Positions 31,758-42,772 of a stretch of 64,000 nucleotides of DNA are shown here, in pieces. Both the position numbers and the translations under genes were made by a program. Source of the DNA: a virus (taxonomy: Duplodnaviria; Caudoviricetes); IMG/VR virus record IMGVR_UViG_3300018494_000083; one strand, 5' to 3'. Numbering within the stretch: position 1 is the first letter of the stretch; each line of letters begins with the position of its first letter. Below the pieces are notes generated by a model. It was not told where the DNA came from, made no database searches, and was given only the letters and a program-made list of their open reading frames with translations.

Positions 31758-34700
31758 ACGAAGTCATCTCCAGCTAAGACATCTTCCCATTCCTTGGGAT
31801 CAAAGTCTGTACGAAGATCAGCCTCAGCTTTACGGGGAGTTGAATAAGTGATTTCAGGAACATAGAAACCAACTATTCTACGCCACTTCGTAGCAACTTT
31901 ACCACCACACTTAGGACATACAGTTCCAAAGAACGAATGGTTGTCAGTACAAGTGCAGATCTTAGATGTGAATGCAAAGTAGGTTACACCCTTTCCTACA
32001 ACATAGTTAAGTGCCTTCCATGCTTCCTCTTTATCTGCGAAAGGTGCTTCGATATTGATATGTGCAATGGATCCACCGGAACAAGCTTCGTCGAGGATAG
32101 CAGATACTCTGATCTTCTCTTCGATAGTAGTCTTAACACCAAGAGGAATCCACTGGTTTCCATAGAGAGGAAGTTCGTATCTCTCGTTGGGGAAGAACAT
32201 CTGGTCCTTAGCCATGAGAACAGAAGCAGCCTTCTCACCAGGAATCTGCTCGATATTGATCATGTAATCCTTATCGGAACCAAATTCTGCCTTAGTGCTC
32301 TTAAGTACTTCCATGATATCTGTAGCGAACTTAATGCCTTCTTCCGTATAGGTACAATAGCCAAATTCATCTTTCTCAACGAAACCGTATTTCTGGATAG
32401 CTTCATACAGTCCATTAATGCCGATCGTGGAGTATTGGCTCTTAATATCAATATTCTTGAGAGTGTAGTTCGGGAGAAGTCCCTTATCTACATTACGCTG
32501 AATGATATGACGTACCACGTGGAGGGTCTTAAGACAAATGATTGTCTTTTCTTTAAGCTTAACAAGATATTCTTCAGGAGTAGCACACTCATAAGAAATT
32601 CTTGCGAGGTTGATTGTATTTACCTTAACGGAACCAACAGAAAGTGCAGTTCCGCCAATGGAGTTGAAGTAAGGATCAGTAATGTCACTCTTCAGACGGC
32701 AGCAATTAGAAAGACTCGTAACTTCAGTGTCGGAGAAGAAGTTGGAATCCGTCCAGTTGCAGTTATGGTCAGAACACCATCTTGCAAACTCAGCATCTTC
32801 GAACATATCGAGAGCATGCTTGGGATTCTTTTTCTTAAGAAGAGAGTAAGACAGAACAGGATATGTCATCATGTTCTCTTCACGGATAGCAGAAACGACT
32901 TCCATAAATCTCTTCTGGTATTCCATAAACTCGTCTTCGTAGTCAATGATGTAAGTTCCGTCGGGATACTGATCTGCACCGAAAAGTGCCTCAAAGTAGT
33001 ATCTATCGAAAATAGTGAAATTTGTAACAAATATCTTCATGTAGGTCGTTAATCTACATCGTCATTAGACTGCTCTATATTACTATAGAAGTTGAGACTA
33101 TATCACGATCTGTTTCCAGATCCTAGGCATTTCCATTTAAGGGGATCTCACCCACTCACTTGAGCCGTACTTCTATTGACCATTTCAGGTCCGAGGAATA
33201 GTCGTTGAACGTTCTCCTTACGGAGCTTCGCTGCTGATTAGGTCATTGACCCTTCCAGCAATTAACCTAGTTTGCTATACACATCACTGTGTATAGGCGC
33301 AACAAGTTTACGCACTTTGAATCGAGTCTCTCAAGAAAGGCTCGTTAATTCGATAGATGATTTCTTGGAACGATTGATCACGGTAATATTCGGGGCTTAC
33401 AAGGTAGTATCCATTTTCTACGTCTTTCTTCCAGAAATAGAACGAATATACCAAGAAGCTCAGGAGACCGACCTATATTAATAGCATATAATAGACTATA
33501 TCTTCATCCTATGATTGCATAGGAGCAATGCACTTGGGAATTAGGAATTTCACCTAAAACCTACTCCCTTTCGGGATAGTCGTTACACCTTCTTACATAG
33601 TAAGCTTGGCACGGTATTACATATGAGCTTCTACCGTTAGCCAGATTTTTCTGACACCCAGCAAGTACTGGTTCACATTGTTTATTTTGAGGATGTTACC
33701 ATCCAAAGGAGCCATCGGTCAATGTTTAGCTCCGGAAGTTCTGTTACAGTTATAAGAGATAAATTCACCAACGAAGTCAGTGAAAGTACAAAGATGTTTA
33801 GGAGGCTGATTATTGAAAGTCTTAATCCAATAAAGACCTTTCTCTACCAACTGCTTAAGAGAGTAAGCAAAACAGTTATGAGACAAAATGTTGTTACAGA
33901 GGAAATGACCGGTTTCGGTAGTAATATCATATACAATATTACACTTATCAATAAACTCAGAGTTATCTAAGATTGATACCCAACCATATTTGTATTCATA
34001 ACCTTTGGTTTTGAAATCTCCCTTTTTGCGAATTTTAGGAATATATTTCGTTTCAATTTTATAGCTTCCAATGCTCGAGAAATAATCTTCATCTGTAAGA
34101 GTGAAGCATGCTCCATACAAAAGAAGATTTTGAGCATAACTCTTCTCTGAATAGTATCTATGCGGCGTTCTTGCCGAGCAAAAGATTCCTTGGAATCGGA
34201 GATAGTTCGTTATTTGGTTAACGAGCGGCTGAGACGCAATTCTGATCTGACAATGTCTCGATTTATAACCATCGAGTGTTCCATCACCATCGATGACACC
34301 TGCAACAAAACCATCGAGGAACTTATAACTATAATGAATATACTCGGGAGGAAGATGATAATCTTCCGAAGTATGACCGAGCATAATCTTAGATAAGAAC
34401 TTCTGGAACGGAGAAGCCAACAGGTTTACAATTCTGGGCGATTCATCATCAGGATGTACAAACTTCAGCTTATAAGGAATATCGAACTCGTCGAGCAAAT
34501 CTACGAGTTTCTGCCATACCGGACTCTTATATGTCTGAGACACATAGATATTACTGGGAATAGCAGTTCCTTCAGTGAGACAGAGACCGACTAACCAACC
34601 AAATTTTCTCGACATTTTGAATCGACGATCAGCGACCTCAATTTCTTTTATCGTATTTGTAAAATACGTAGGTGCGATTGTGTATACCTTGTGATCCTTT

Positions 34701-35464
34701 GTTATATGCTTTGCCGGAACTTCACCATCTTTAGTGATGATCGGATGGTCGTCAGTTACGATTTGGCTGAGACCATTTGCATACTTAATGAAACGCATTT
34801 TACGTTTATTGGTATGCTTTACAAGACGTGTAACTTTTGTGAATACTTCTTTCTTATCCTCAAGATCCAATACATACAGATCGCTTGGGAATTTAGCATT
34901 TTGCTTGATGCTTTCATCATAACTTTCTTTTTCATCCACAAGCTCATAAAGATCAGCAAATGTTGTATTATAAACTTTTCCGTTATATTTAACGGTCAGC
35001 ATTTCCTCACCCTTATAGCAGTAGGATTTGAATGTTGCGTTGTGAGCATCATGGAGATAATAGTCACCGATCCACTCGCCGAGCAACCAAGCATCAGCAT
35101 CCTTTAAACCGAACTGTTTAGCCAGTTCGTAGTAGATTTTGTTAAAGCCAATCAGTTTACTGTGGGGCTTTCTCATCTCGCTTTCAAGAGTTACGATATC
35201 TTTATTCGAGACGTTTGCAGAACCATCGATAGATGCATCTGCAGTAGTATTCTTATCGATGAAGTTGTCGATAAAAGGAGTATAACCAAGCTGCTTATCG
35301 GAAAGACCGTTAAGGGTAGCAAGGTTTTCGCCGTATTTCTTTTTCAGACCAACGAAAGTATCCACGAAGGATTTCATAAAGGGAATGTTGATCTGATAAT
35401 CGGCGGTTTCTTTTAAAATAGCATCGGGAGTTTTAACTACTCCGCTGTTGACTACATCTGACAT
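31754..35464 (-). CDS. nrdD: Class III anaerobic ribonucleotide reductase; 3 exons (35464-33728, 33472-33310, 33027-31754) plus intein
   Basis: Splicing restores SGA|VGL and QSAF|TNF; YLHD, SNCCRL, C-terminal CxxC and RRIVGFY glycyl-radical loop; spliced frame is 1057 aa, 675 aa after intein removal. Confidence 0.92.
33028..33309 (-). ncRNA. Group I intron 2 of nrdD (282 nt, ORF-less)
   Basis: GCGU/GCGC P1, terminal G, AAUUGCUGGAA, AAUCAGCAG, UUCAACGACUA, GAUAUAGUC; removal restores QSAFTNF. Confidence 0.88.
33473..33727 (-). ncRNA. Group I intron 1 of nrdD (255 nt, ORF-less)
   Basis: Exon ends in U (GGAGCU) pairing with GGCUCC (P1); ends in G; AACGACUA and GAUAUAGUC core elements; removal restores frame. 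Confidence 0.85.
33875..35020 (-). mobile_element. Intein (382 aa) with LAGLIDADG homing endonuclease in nrdD
   Basis: Starts CYKGEEM, block B VTDDHPI, LVGLCLTEG and FVAGVIDGDG, ends YDITTETGHFLCNNILSHN followed by Cys+1. Confidence 0.93.
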
Positions 35465-35479
35465 ATTCTTATTCTCCTA

Positions 35480-35692
35480 TCAAAGCGAATTTACAAATTT
35501 TACAGCTGCACCATATCCGAGGATTTCTCCATCATCCACTTTCATGAACGGAAATGGAGCATCGATATCTACGCCGTCAGCAGTCATCTGAGCAGTGTCA
35601 GTTACACGCTCATAGTCAATGCCCTTAGCCTTGAGTTTGTCTTCAAGGATTTTGCATTTAATGCAATCAATTGTATATACTTTAATTTTCAT
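35480..35692 (-). CDS. Glutaredoxin/NrdH-like protein
   Basis: VYTIDCIKC, APFPFM; upstream of nrdD. Confidence 0.75.
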   Translation of the reverse strand: MKIKVYTIDCIKCKILEDKLKAKGIDYERVTDTAQMTADGVDIDAPFPFMKVDDGEILGYGAAVKFVNSL

Positions 35693-35704
35693 TATTGCAA
35701 TACC

Positions 35705-36016
35705 TCATTTGATAACATACGGAATATTGTTGTCACGACAATATTGAATTTCGGTCATACATCCTCGTGATTGCTCATAATCATCACCGAATACCCACAT
35801 CTCATCACATCTGTCAAGAAGCCAGAGGCATTTCTTAATTCCATCTTCATAACTACATTCATAGTATTCAAACCCGAATGTATTGACCGGAGACAGAAAT
35901 AGATAAGTAGGATATAGTTTATTCAGTCGTAGGATTGTATTCTCGATATCTTGTTTATTAGAATCTCTACCACCATAAGGATGTGAGATATAGACTACCT
36001 TTTCATAATGTATCAT
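35705..36016 (-). CDS. DUF4406-like (nucleoside deoxyribosyltransferase-fold) protein
   Basis: VYISHPY, LLDRCDEMWVFG, SRGCMTE. Confidence 0.7.
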   Translation of the reverse strand: MIHYEKVVYISHPYGGRDSNKQDIENTILRLNKLYPTYLFLSPVNTFGFEYYECSYEDGIKKCLWLLDRCDEMWVFGDDYEQSRGCMTEIQYCRDNNIPYVIK

Positions 36017-36073
36017 ATCTTCTCCTTAGGAAATTATTGGAGGAGATTTGACTCTCCTCCAGTATGATAAAAG

Positions 36074-38434
36074 TTAAACTTCCACAATGTTCGAAACGAA
36101 CTGTGAGCCCTTGGTCTTGTAAACTGTTTTTACACCAAGTGCATTTAGATTCGACAAGATCAATCTGGTATTATTTTCGATAATCTCTGTAGTATCGATA
36201 AGAGGCTTAAGCCACTCGGGGACCTTACAGTCAAGAGGAATTGCTATATTAGTAATTCCTGCATCTCCGAATTTCTTAACTCTCTTTTCACCAGTCTTAC
36301 GATCAACAACCTGAATATCAAGATTGAAGAGATCTTGGAATCTCTGATAAATTACAGGGAATGTGGTTGATAAGTGAGCAACGTCTTTAACTTTCTTAAT
36401 ATCAACCTTTGCGATATAAGCTACACCAGGTAGCTCAATCTCATTGTCTGGACACAGATAGTTCCAGACATAGGCAGCCTTATAGGTACCTATTGTTAAC
36501 GGAGAATCATACGCATCACCCGTCTTGATATTAGCGGTTTTGAAGTATGTATATTCTCCATCCATAATTGACTTTTTGATACTCTTCTCAAATGCTCGCA
36601 GTTTATTGATAATAACCGAAATATCCGGTTTCATATCTCTAGCCAACAGGATATCATTAAACACAAGGTTCTTAATGTAATCACGTGTTTGCTTACCTGC
36701 CATTGATGCCTTAGTATATTCCATCATTACCTTCACATAGTTCGTTAGACTATGCAGTTCTTAAAGAACTTCTCTGAGTTACCTCAGAAGTTGAGACTAT
36801 ATCACCATCTATTTCTAGATGTCTACCATTTCGATTTAAGGGATTCTCACCCACCCACTTGGGTCCTACTCCTATTGCGGAATTCCACCGCCAAGGGATA
36901 GTCGTTGAACCTTCCTCTTTCGAGGCTTGGCTGCTGATTAAGCCGCTAAGCTCTTCCAGCAATTAAATAGATTTGCTACATATGTCACCATATGTAGGGG
37001 CATAAGTCTACCCTTTACGTCTAATTCAGGTACCTTATTCAAGTGACCCTCCTGTAGACGCACAGCACCCTGATAGTGCTTCTTAGCATCAGTAATGAGA
37101 ATTGTATCATATAGGAACTCATTCTTCATGTTCGCCATGTTACGAGACATATCTTCAAGATTGCATCGTACCATAAACTTCTGAAGAGTCAGATCGATCA
37201 TATCGGTGATAATATAAATCATCGAGTTAACGATACGGAATATTCTCTGCTGAGATACTTCGTGTTCGTACGAATCATTATAGTTACGTGCACCAATATT
37301 GACATATCCTTTACGAGCTTTCTTTATATTCTTATACTCTCCAAGAATTTCATTCATTACAAAGTCATACCAGACTCCAAGGTTAAGGAAGTTACTATCA
37401 GTATCAATTACGATTACTCTCTTACGCATGTGAGCTTTCAAGCGATATACTCTGTCGGTTGTGGGATGATTGTAATGAACGTACTCCAACACAGCTGCTT
37501 TCATTTTTGCAAGCTCTGGTTCAAAGTCTTTAGGAGGCTTTGTAGGATCCAGATATTCTTTATGAGAAGCAACTACTGTTCGAAGTAGATTGGAGGCTTT
37601 ATTCGAATTTCTAAAGAACTCTTCAAGGTTCGATTTGTAGTAAATTCGATTAAGGTCTTCTTGGTTAATGTGAGATAGGATCTCTCTGATTAATTCAGTG
37701 TCCGCCGTATCCGGCTCTATGAATTTATGGGTTAATCTGTCCACTACCTGGTCGACAGTTTTTGACCTTACCCAAGTTGCATCATTGAACTTTCTCTCGC
37801 TCTTTTCTTCAATGATATCTTTAATAAAACGCATACATTCATCCATGTTATTAAAGAGTACATTGTCTGCCAAGAAGTCTTCAAATGCAGTTTCTGCACA
37901 TGAAATTAGTGCCTGTCCACGAGCTGTAGTAGCTGATGCACAAGCCATATTGAACTGCTGGGACGATGATAGACCTGATACACCGTACTCTGAGTTGGCG
38001 ATTACTTTGAGTCGCTTCTGCTTCAGATTAGATCGTGCACTTTGATCTAACAGTTCCAGACGTTGAGTCGGATCTACTGCTGCCTTCGCTGCTTCTTTGA
38101 ACTTAAACATTGCTTTCTTTGCAATCTTACGGTCACTAAGAAGCTTACTAAGAATCACAATATCAGGGTTGTAGCACTGACTATGCTGTTTAAACAGTGA
38201 ACCAGACTCAGTAACGATTGGTTTCTTTGTTTCGATCCAATCGTATACTTTTGAAAGTGAAGTATTTATCTGCTCCCTTTCATAGTTATTATAGATGATT
38301 GCTTTTGGGTCTTTGAAATGCTTATCATACTCTTCCTCGGCAAATGTTTTTGCTTCATTTTCATTAAGCAATGGATCTACCAATTTAAGATTCTGAACCA
38401 TTTCATCAACCCAACGACTTCTAAATAAGGACAT
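36074..38434 (-). CDS. Family-B DNA polymerase C-terminal subunit (split polymerase); exons 38434-37010 and 36724-36074
   Basis: KVIANSEYG (motif B), IDTDSNF (motif C), KKHY, LDVKG|MEYTKAS after splicing; no exonuclease or motif A; 691 aa. Confidence 0.88.
36725..37009 (-). ncRNA. Group I intron in DNA polymerase (285 nt, ORF-less)
   Basis: GGGU/GCCC P1, terminal G, core blocks closely similar to nrdD intron 2. Confidence 0.88.
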
Positions 38435-38573
38435 ATTTACTCCTTTCTTTAGAGATTTTTTGAGTATTCGAATGTTTAAATACTAATGATTTTGGAACAT
38501 TCTATAAATAAGACTTTGATAAATATTATTTTATGAAAATACACTAAGAATATAAGAGGAGGTTTATCTGGTC

Positions 38574-39023
38574 ATGGATAAATTTTTGAAGAAGCTTTTT
38601 AAACCCGAATCCAAAGCTATTCATGTTGATCAGTGTGCTGAGCATGATCTGACCATCAATGAAGCTATCATTTTAGATACAGTTGGAAGCGAGAGAGCTC
38701 TTAACGAATTCTATTCGAAGCTTGGTGCATATGGGCAGAGAGATGGGCTGCTCCATGAGTGTGCAACCATTCCGAATAGCTGTGATCATGCCGAGATCGC
38801 TGCAGTACTTGCATGTGCTAAAGAAGCTGGAAGCAAAGACTATGAGATGTATATGAAGGCTAAGCTCGCAGAAAAAGCATATTACAAGAGAATGCAGACA
38901 ACCTTTGGCAACACAGCAAAAGAGCGTGTCGAAGCACAGAAGGCTAAGCTCGCAGACAATGCAAGAATCCAGGATGCTCTTGCACAGACAACGGACGCTA
39001 AGTCCGAAGGCTGTTGTAAATAA
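38574..39023 (+). CDS. Hypothetical protein (149 aa)
   Basis: GGAGG RBS; helical. Confidence 0.7.
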   Translation: MDKFLKKLFKPESKAIHVDQCAEHDLTINEAIILDTVGSERALNEFYSKLGAYGQRDGLLHECATIPNSCDHAEIAAVLACAKEAGSKDYEMYMKAKLAEKAYYKRMQTTFGNTAKERVEAQKAKLADNARIQDALAQTTDAKSEGCCK

Positions 39024-39048
39024 TCGAAATATTATTTACTTTGAAAAC

Positions 39049-39140
39049 TATACATTATAGATATGAATAACTCATACCCAAGTTTCGGGTATGAGTTTAT
39101 TTTGTCCTCTTACTAATACTTATCAATACTATAATGTATA
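39049..39140. promoter_or_regulatory. Two convergent TATACATTATAG motifs (putative early promoters) flanking a hairpin
   Basis: 39049-39060 (+) and 39129-39140 (-); hairpin ACTCATACCC/GGGTATGAGT at 39070-39096; third copy at 61210-61221 (-). Confidence 0.45.
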
Positions 39141-39187
39141 AATTAGTAAGAGTTTGAATATTGTACATAATGAATGGAGGTAAATAT

Positions 39188-40180
39188 ATGACTGGAATGC
39201 AAGAACCTATGAACGAAGTTGAACAGGTTACCAGTGAAAATGAGTTCCAGGGAGATGTGGATGAACATGACTTCCTTGAGGAACTCGAAAGCATTCTGCA
39301 TGATTATCCGTTGAGTAGAAATCATCGGAAATTGTGGGAGAATATTAAGTCATCGTACAAGAAACTCAATCACGACGAGAAGAATCAGTTCTTGGTATTG
39401 GTGACGAATCTATCTGTAGCAACGGTGGATATTGCATCGGTAGGAACCCAATTTATCAAAGAGATGGGTCCCGATATTTTCTACAGTGATGAGGAATTCC
39501 GCAATAAAATGGTGGCAGCCATTAACACCGGAATTAACAAACGTAGAGAGGAAGTTGAACCCATTTGGAACAATGTGGTCGACAATATTGATGCACAGAC
39601 ACCCAATTCTGATAAGATTAAAGATGCATATCCTGTATCTCTTAAGGGTGTTGATCCGAAGGCTGGAATCAAAATGCTTCATGTGAATAATATGGTGATG
39701 GTAATCAATAAAGATGCCACTGCATTCTCAGCGCAGTTTGTTAACCATATGAAGAGTCTCCTCGAGTTTCAGAGAGATGCGGCTACAGAGTATTATAAGG
39801 AGCGTAAGAGAGTTCCTTATGATGAATTCGGAGAGGATGATACAAATCCGTCACAAATGCCACCGGAAGATCTTTATATATCTATCGGATCTCAACAGGA
39901 TCAGTTGATTCTATCGGTTGATATTGGATCTATTTCGGCGTGTGAAAAGTTCCAAGTCCATGATTCTGGACAAGGAGGAATTGGTGTACTTTCTATCAAT
40001 GATCATAAGTTAATCACCAATTCATTTTATGAGAATATTTATGGTACTTATGTATTCAAGTATGTAGAGACCACAAATATGTATGTGGGTAGAAGGACAT
40101 CTGACCCACGTCAACTTTTACATCTTCGTAAAGGTAATGGAGCAAATATGAAATACGAAAGGAAACAGGGCAATGATTAA
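39188..40180 (+). CDS. Hypothetical protein
   Basis: GGAGG RBS; overlaps RNAP gene start. Confidence 0.7.
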   Translation: MTGMQEPMNEVEQVTSENEFQGDVDEHDFLEELESILHDYPLSRNHRKLWENIKSSYKKLNHDEKNQFLVLVTNLSVATVDIASVGTQFIKEMGPDIFYSDEEFRNKMVAAINTGINKRREEVEPIWNNVVDNIDAQTPNSDKIKDAYPVSLKGVDPKAGIKMLHVNNMVMVINKDATAFSAQFVNHMKSLLEFQRDAATEYYKERKRVPYDEFGEDDTNPSQMPPEDLYISIGSQQDQLILSVDIGSISACEKFQVHDSGQGGIGVLSINDHKLITNSFYENIYGTYVFKYVETTNMYVGRRTSDPRQLLHLRKGNGANMKYERKQGND

Positions 40181-42296
40181 AGATGTCAACAGAACATTCA
40201 TTTTACCTATCAAGGATAGCTATGCTGCGGACATAGACCGATGGGTAAGCACGTATGAGAATTATCGCGACCGTCTGGATCTCAAAGAATTCTCTAAGTT
40301 CTCCTATGAGAAGCTCAAGAAGAAATTCAAGTTCAAGGAAGATAAGGACGGCTTTGCAATTATCGGAACTTCACATAAGATATTCGATCTTATGCTCTAT
40401 TACAATGATCCGGATGCATACTACTTCGATGTCATGGCACTCATCCGTGGAATGAAGCATGATATGCAGAACCCAGATGGGTACTATGAATACCGCTATA
40501 CGAGTGGTGAAGTTGCAAGAATGAGTTGTATCCACTTTCTCTTTAATATGATTGTGTGGATGCCTTATTTCACTCTTGGTATTGCAGTTACACCGGATAA
40601 ATTATTCATACCTAAGTCATTCACTAATAAGAGCTATGTATCTTATGTGAATGATCATATCATCGAACCGTATAAGCATCTTACCACAATGAATGAGATG
40701 TCTCATATCTTCGCAAGAATGTATGATCTCTTCATTCTGATCTCCGAGAAGACGGCACTTTATTTTGGTTTGTCATTCTCTCTTTATGATCTTCTTAAGA
40801 GATGGAATGATAATCCTGAGTTGAAGGAAATCAACCATACGGTAGTTCCTCAAGACATGGCAATTGCTGAAGGTGAAGCAATGCTGAATGCCAAGTCTAA
40901 GAGATTCCAGGAAATCATGATGAATGAGGAACCCGATAACCAGATCAGACCTCTTCTCGAAGCTGGGCAGGCAAACCCTAAGCAATTGAAAGAGTTTGCC
41001 GTTAATATCAGTTACAAGCCGGACCTTGAAGGTAGAACGCTTAATACTCATCCGAGTACTAACTTTGTATCAAATGGTCTTCGTGACCCTGTTGACTATG
41101 TAACTGATGCATCTGGTGGTCGTAAGGCATCAAACCTTGCACTTCAGATCGATGACTCTGGGTATCTTCAGAGAACACTCTGTAAGTCTGCAGCAGATAT
41201 CATTCTTAATCCTGATCCTGATTATGATTGTGGTTCTCGTCATTATTATGTGAGAACTATCGAGAGTAAGAAGGATCTTGAAAATATGAATGGTAGATGG
41301 TATGTAGATGGCGACCATCTCACCCAGCTGTTATCTAAAGATCTCGAACTGATCGGAAAGACTCTCAAATTCAGAACACCTGCGACTTGTGTTGGTAAGA
41401 ATGGAATATGTCCTGTTTGTTATGGTCACCTTTATTCCCAGAACGTTGGTATTAACGTTGGTATAAACAGTGGTCTAAAGCTTACAGAAAGATTCTATCA
41501 GAATACCATGTCGGCAAAACACATACTGAATACTAGTACGGCAGCATTCGCATTTAATGATGAATTCTACGTACCTTTTAGTATTGTGGATGGTTTTAGA
41601 GTTACTCTTAACGAGGAAGAAGAAACTGTAGGTAACTACATTCTTCGAATCAATCTCAATACGATTTGCAAGGATCGTGAAGAAATGAATAACTACCGTA
41701 ATGAATATATTACCGAGTTCGAGCTTTACGATACCGAGAACGAAACCACTGTTGAGATCGCTGAGAATAACGGTGATAAGATCTATCTTGCAGATGCCAT
41801 GTTTGATAAGATTAATGATCTTCGTCTCAGAAAGAGATACGATGAACATGGTTGGATGGAAATTCCTCTGTCGGATTGGGATCCTGAAGATGATTTGTTC
41901 TTTGCTATGTTGACGAACAATGAAATCACCCGTCCTCTGAAGGAACTTAAGTCTATGATTGAGAAGGGTAAAGAGATTGAAGGAGTAACTGATATCTCTG
42001 AGCTTATCAACAAACTTAATCGTCTCATGAGGGAGGGTGGTATCTTTACTGAGTCTGTTCATGTAGAGATTATTGCAAGGAATCTCATAAGAGATAAGAA
42101 TAATCCTACTTCTCTTCCTGATTATTCTAAGTCTAATATTGAACCGATGTTCATTAGTATTCATAATAGCATCTTGACAAACAATTCTGTTATTGCTGGA
42201 TTCACTTTTGAGAGAATTCATCAGCAGTTGAGAACACCTTCTACTTATACAAAGAACGGTGTATCTCCTTACGACAGATTGTTTATTAACGACTAA
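40173..42296 (+). CDS. Multisubunit RNA polymerase beta' C-terminal half subunit
   Basis: GGRKA...SGYLQRTL bridge helix, RTPATC...ICPVCYG Zn site, ERFYQNTMSAKH trigger loop, HVEIIARNL; no DFDGD so the N-terminal half is encoded elsewhere. Confidence 0.9.
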   Translation: MIKDVNRTFILPIKDSYAADIDRWVSTYENYRDRLDLKEFSKFSYEKLKKKFKFKEDKDGFAIIGTSHKIFDLMLYYNDPDAYYFDVMALIRGMKHDMQNPDGYYEYRYTSGEVARMSCIHFLFNMIVWMPYFTLGIAVTPDKLFIPKSFTNKSYVSYVNDHIIEPYKHLTTMNEMSHIFARMYDLFILISEKTALYFGLSFSLYDLLKRWNDNPELKEINHTVVPQDMAIAEGEAMLNAKSKRFQEIMMNEEPDNQIRPLLEAGQANPKQLKEFAVNISYKPDLEGRTLNTHPSTNFVSNGLRDPVDYVTDASGGRKASNLALQIDDSGYLQRTLCKSAADIILNPDPDYDCGSRHYYVRTIESKKDLENMNGRWYVDGDHLTQLLSKDLELIGKTLKFRTPATCVGKNGICPVCYGHLYSQNVGINVGINSGLKLTERFYQNTMSAKHILNTSTAAFAFNDEFYVPFSIVDGFRVTLNEEEETVGNYILRINLNTICKDREEMNNYRNEYITEFELYDTENETTVEIAENNGDKIYLADAMFDKINDLRLRKRYDEHGWMEIPLSDWDPEDDLFFAMLTNNEITRPLKELKSMIEKGKEIEGVTDISELINKLNRLMREGGIFTESVHVEIIARNLIRDKNNPTSLPDYSKSNIEPMFISIHNSILTNNSVIAGFTFERIHQQLRTPSTYTKNGVSPYDRLFIND

Positions 42297-42309
42297 TAAA
42301 ATCAAAAAA

Positions 42310-42348
42310 AGAGGGATCCGAAAGGGTCCCTCTATGATTTTATTTTTT
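42310..42348 (+). terminator. Intrinsic terminator
   Basis: AGAGGGATCC-GAAA-GGGTCCCTCT then T-rich tract. Confidence 0.75.
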
Positions 42349-42388
42349 CCTTGACATTGAGATAATATCAAATTATAGGAGAATAAAC

Positions 42389-42739
42389 ATGGCTAAGAAA
42401 CTTGTTTGTTCCCGATTACCGAACGGCTTATTTTATTCAGATGATGATATAGGCGGTTTATATAGAGAAGCTTCTGATAAGATCGAACAAGTTAAGATTC
42501 TGTGTGAACTTAATCTCTGCAAGCCACCTGAAATAATCGAGGCTCTTAAACGATGTGGTTATAAGAAGAGTGAGCTCCCGATTGTCACCAAAGTGAAATC
42601 CAAGAGTCAGAATCCGTTATTCAAAAACAGATTCAGATATCATATGGAAATGCCACCTCCTCCAAAGAAAAGAGGACGTCCGAAGGGATCGAAGAACAAA
42701 CCTAAAACTGAGACAAAGAACGAAGAGATACACGACTAA
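42389..42739 (+). CDS. Small DNA-binding protein with AT-hook
   Basis: AGGAG RBS; PPPPKKRGRPKGSKNKPK; TTGACA at 42351. Confidence 0.7.
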   Translation: MAKKLVCSRLPNGLFYSDDDIGGLYREASDKIEQVKILCELNLCKPPEIIEALKRCGYKKSELPIVTKVKSKSQNPLFKNRFRYHMEMPPPPKKRGRPKGSKNKPKTETKNEEIHD

Positions 42740-42760
42740 GTGTATCTCTTTATTTTTTTT
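42723..42760. terminator. Terminator bounding the left end of the cassette array
   Basis: AAGAGATACAC/GTGTATCTCTT stem then poly-T. Confidence 0.8.
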
Positions 42761-42772
42761 TGTTTCGATTTG

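Noticed and set aside
36750-36962. 70-aa ORF and the separate 36074-36736 gene
   Set aside because: The first lies inside the group I intron; the second is exon 2 of the polymerase
38496-38507. Late promoter for the 38574 gene
   Set aside because: AACATTCTATAA is one base off the AACA-N6-TA spacing, so it was not counted
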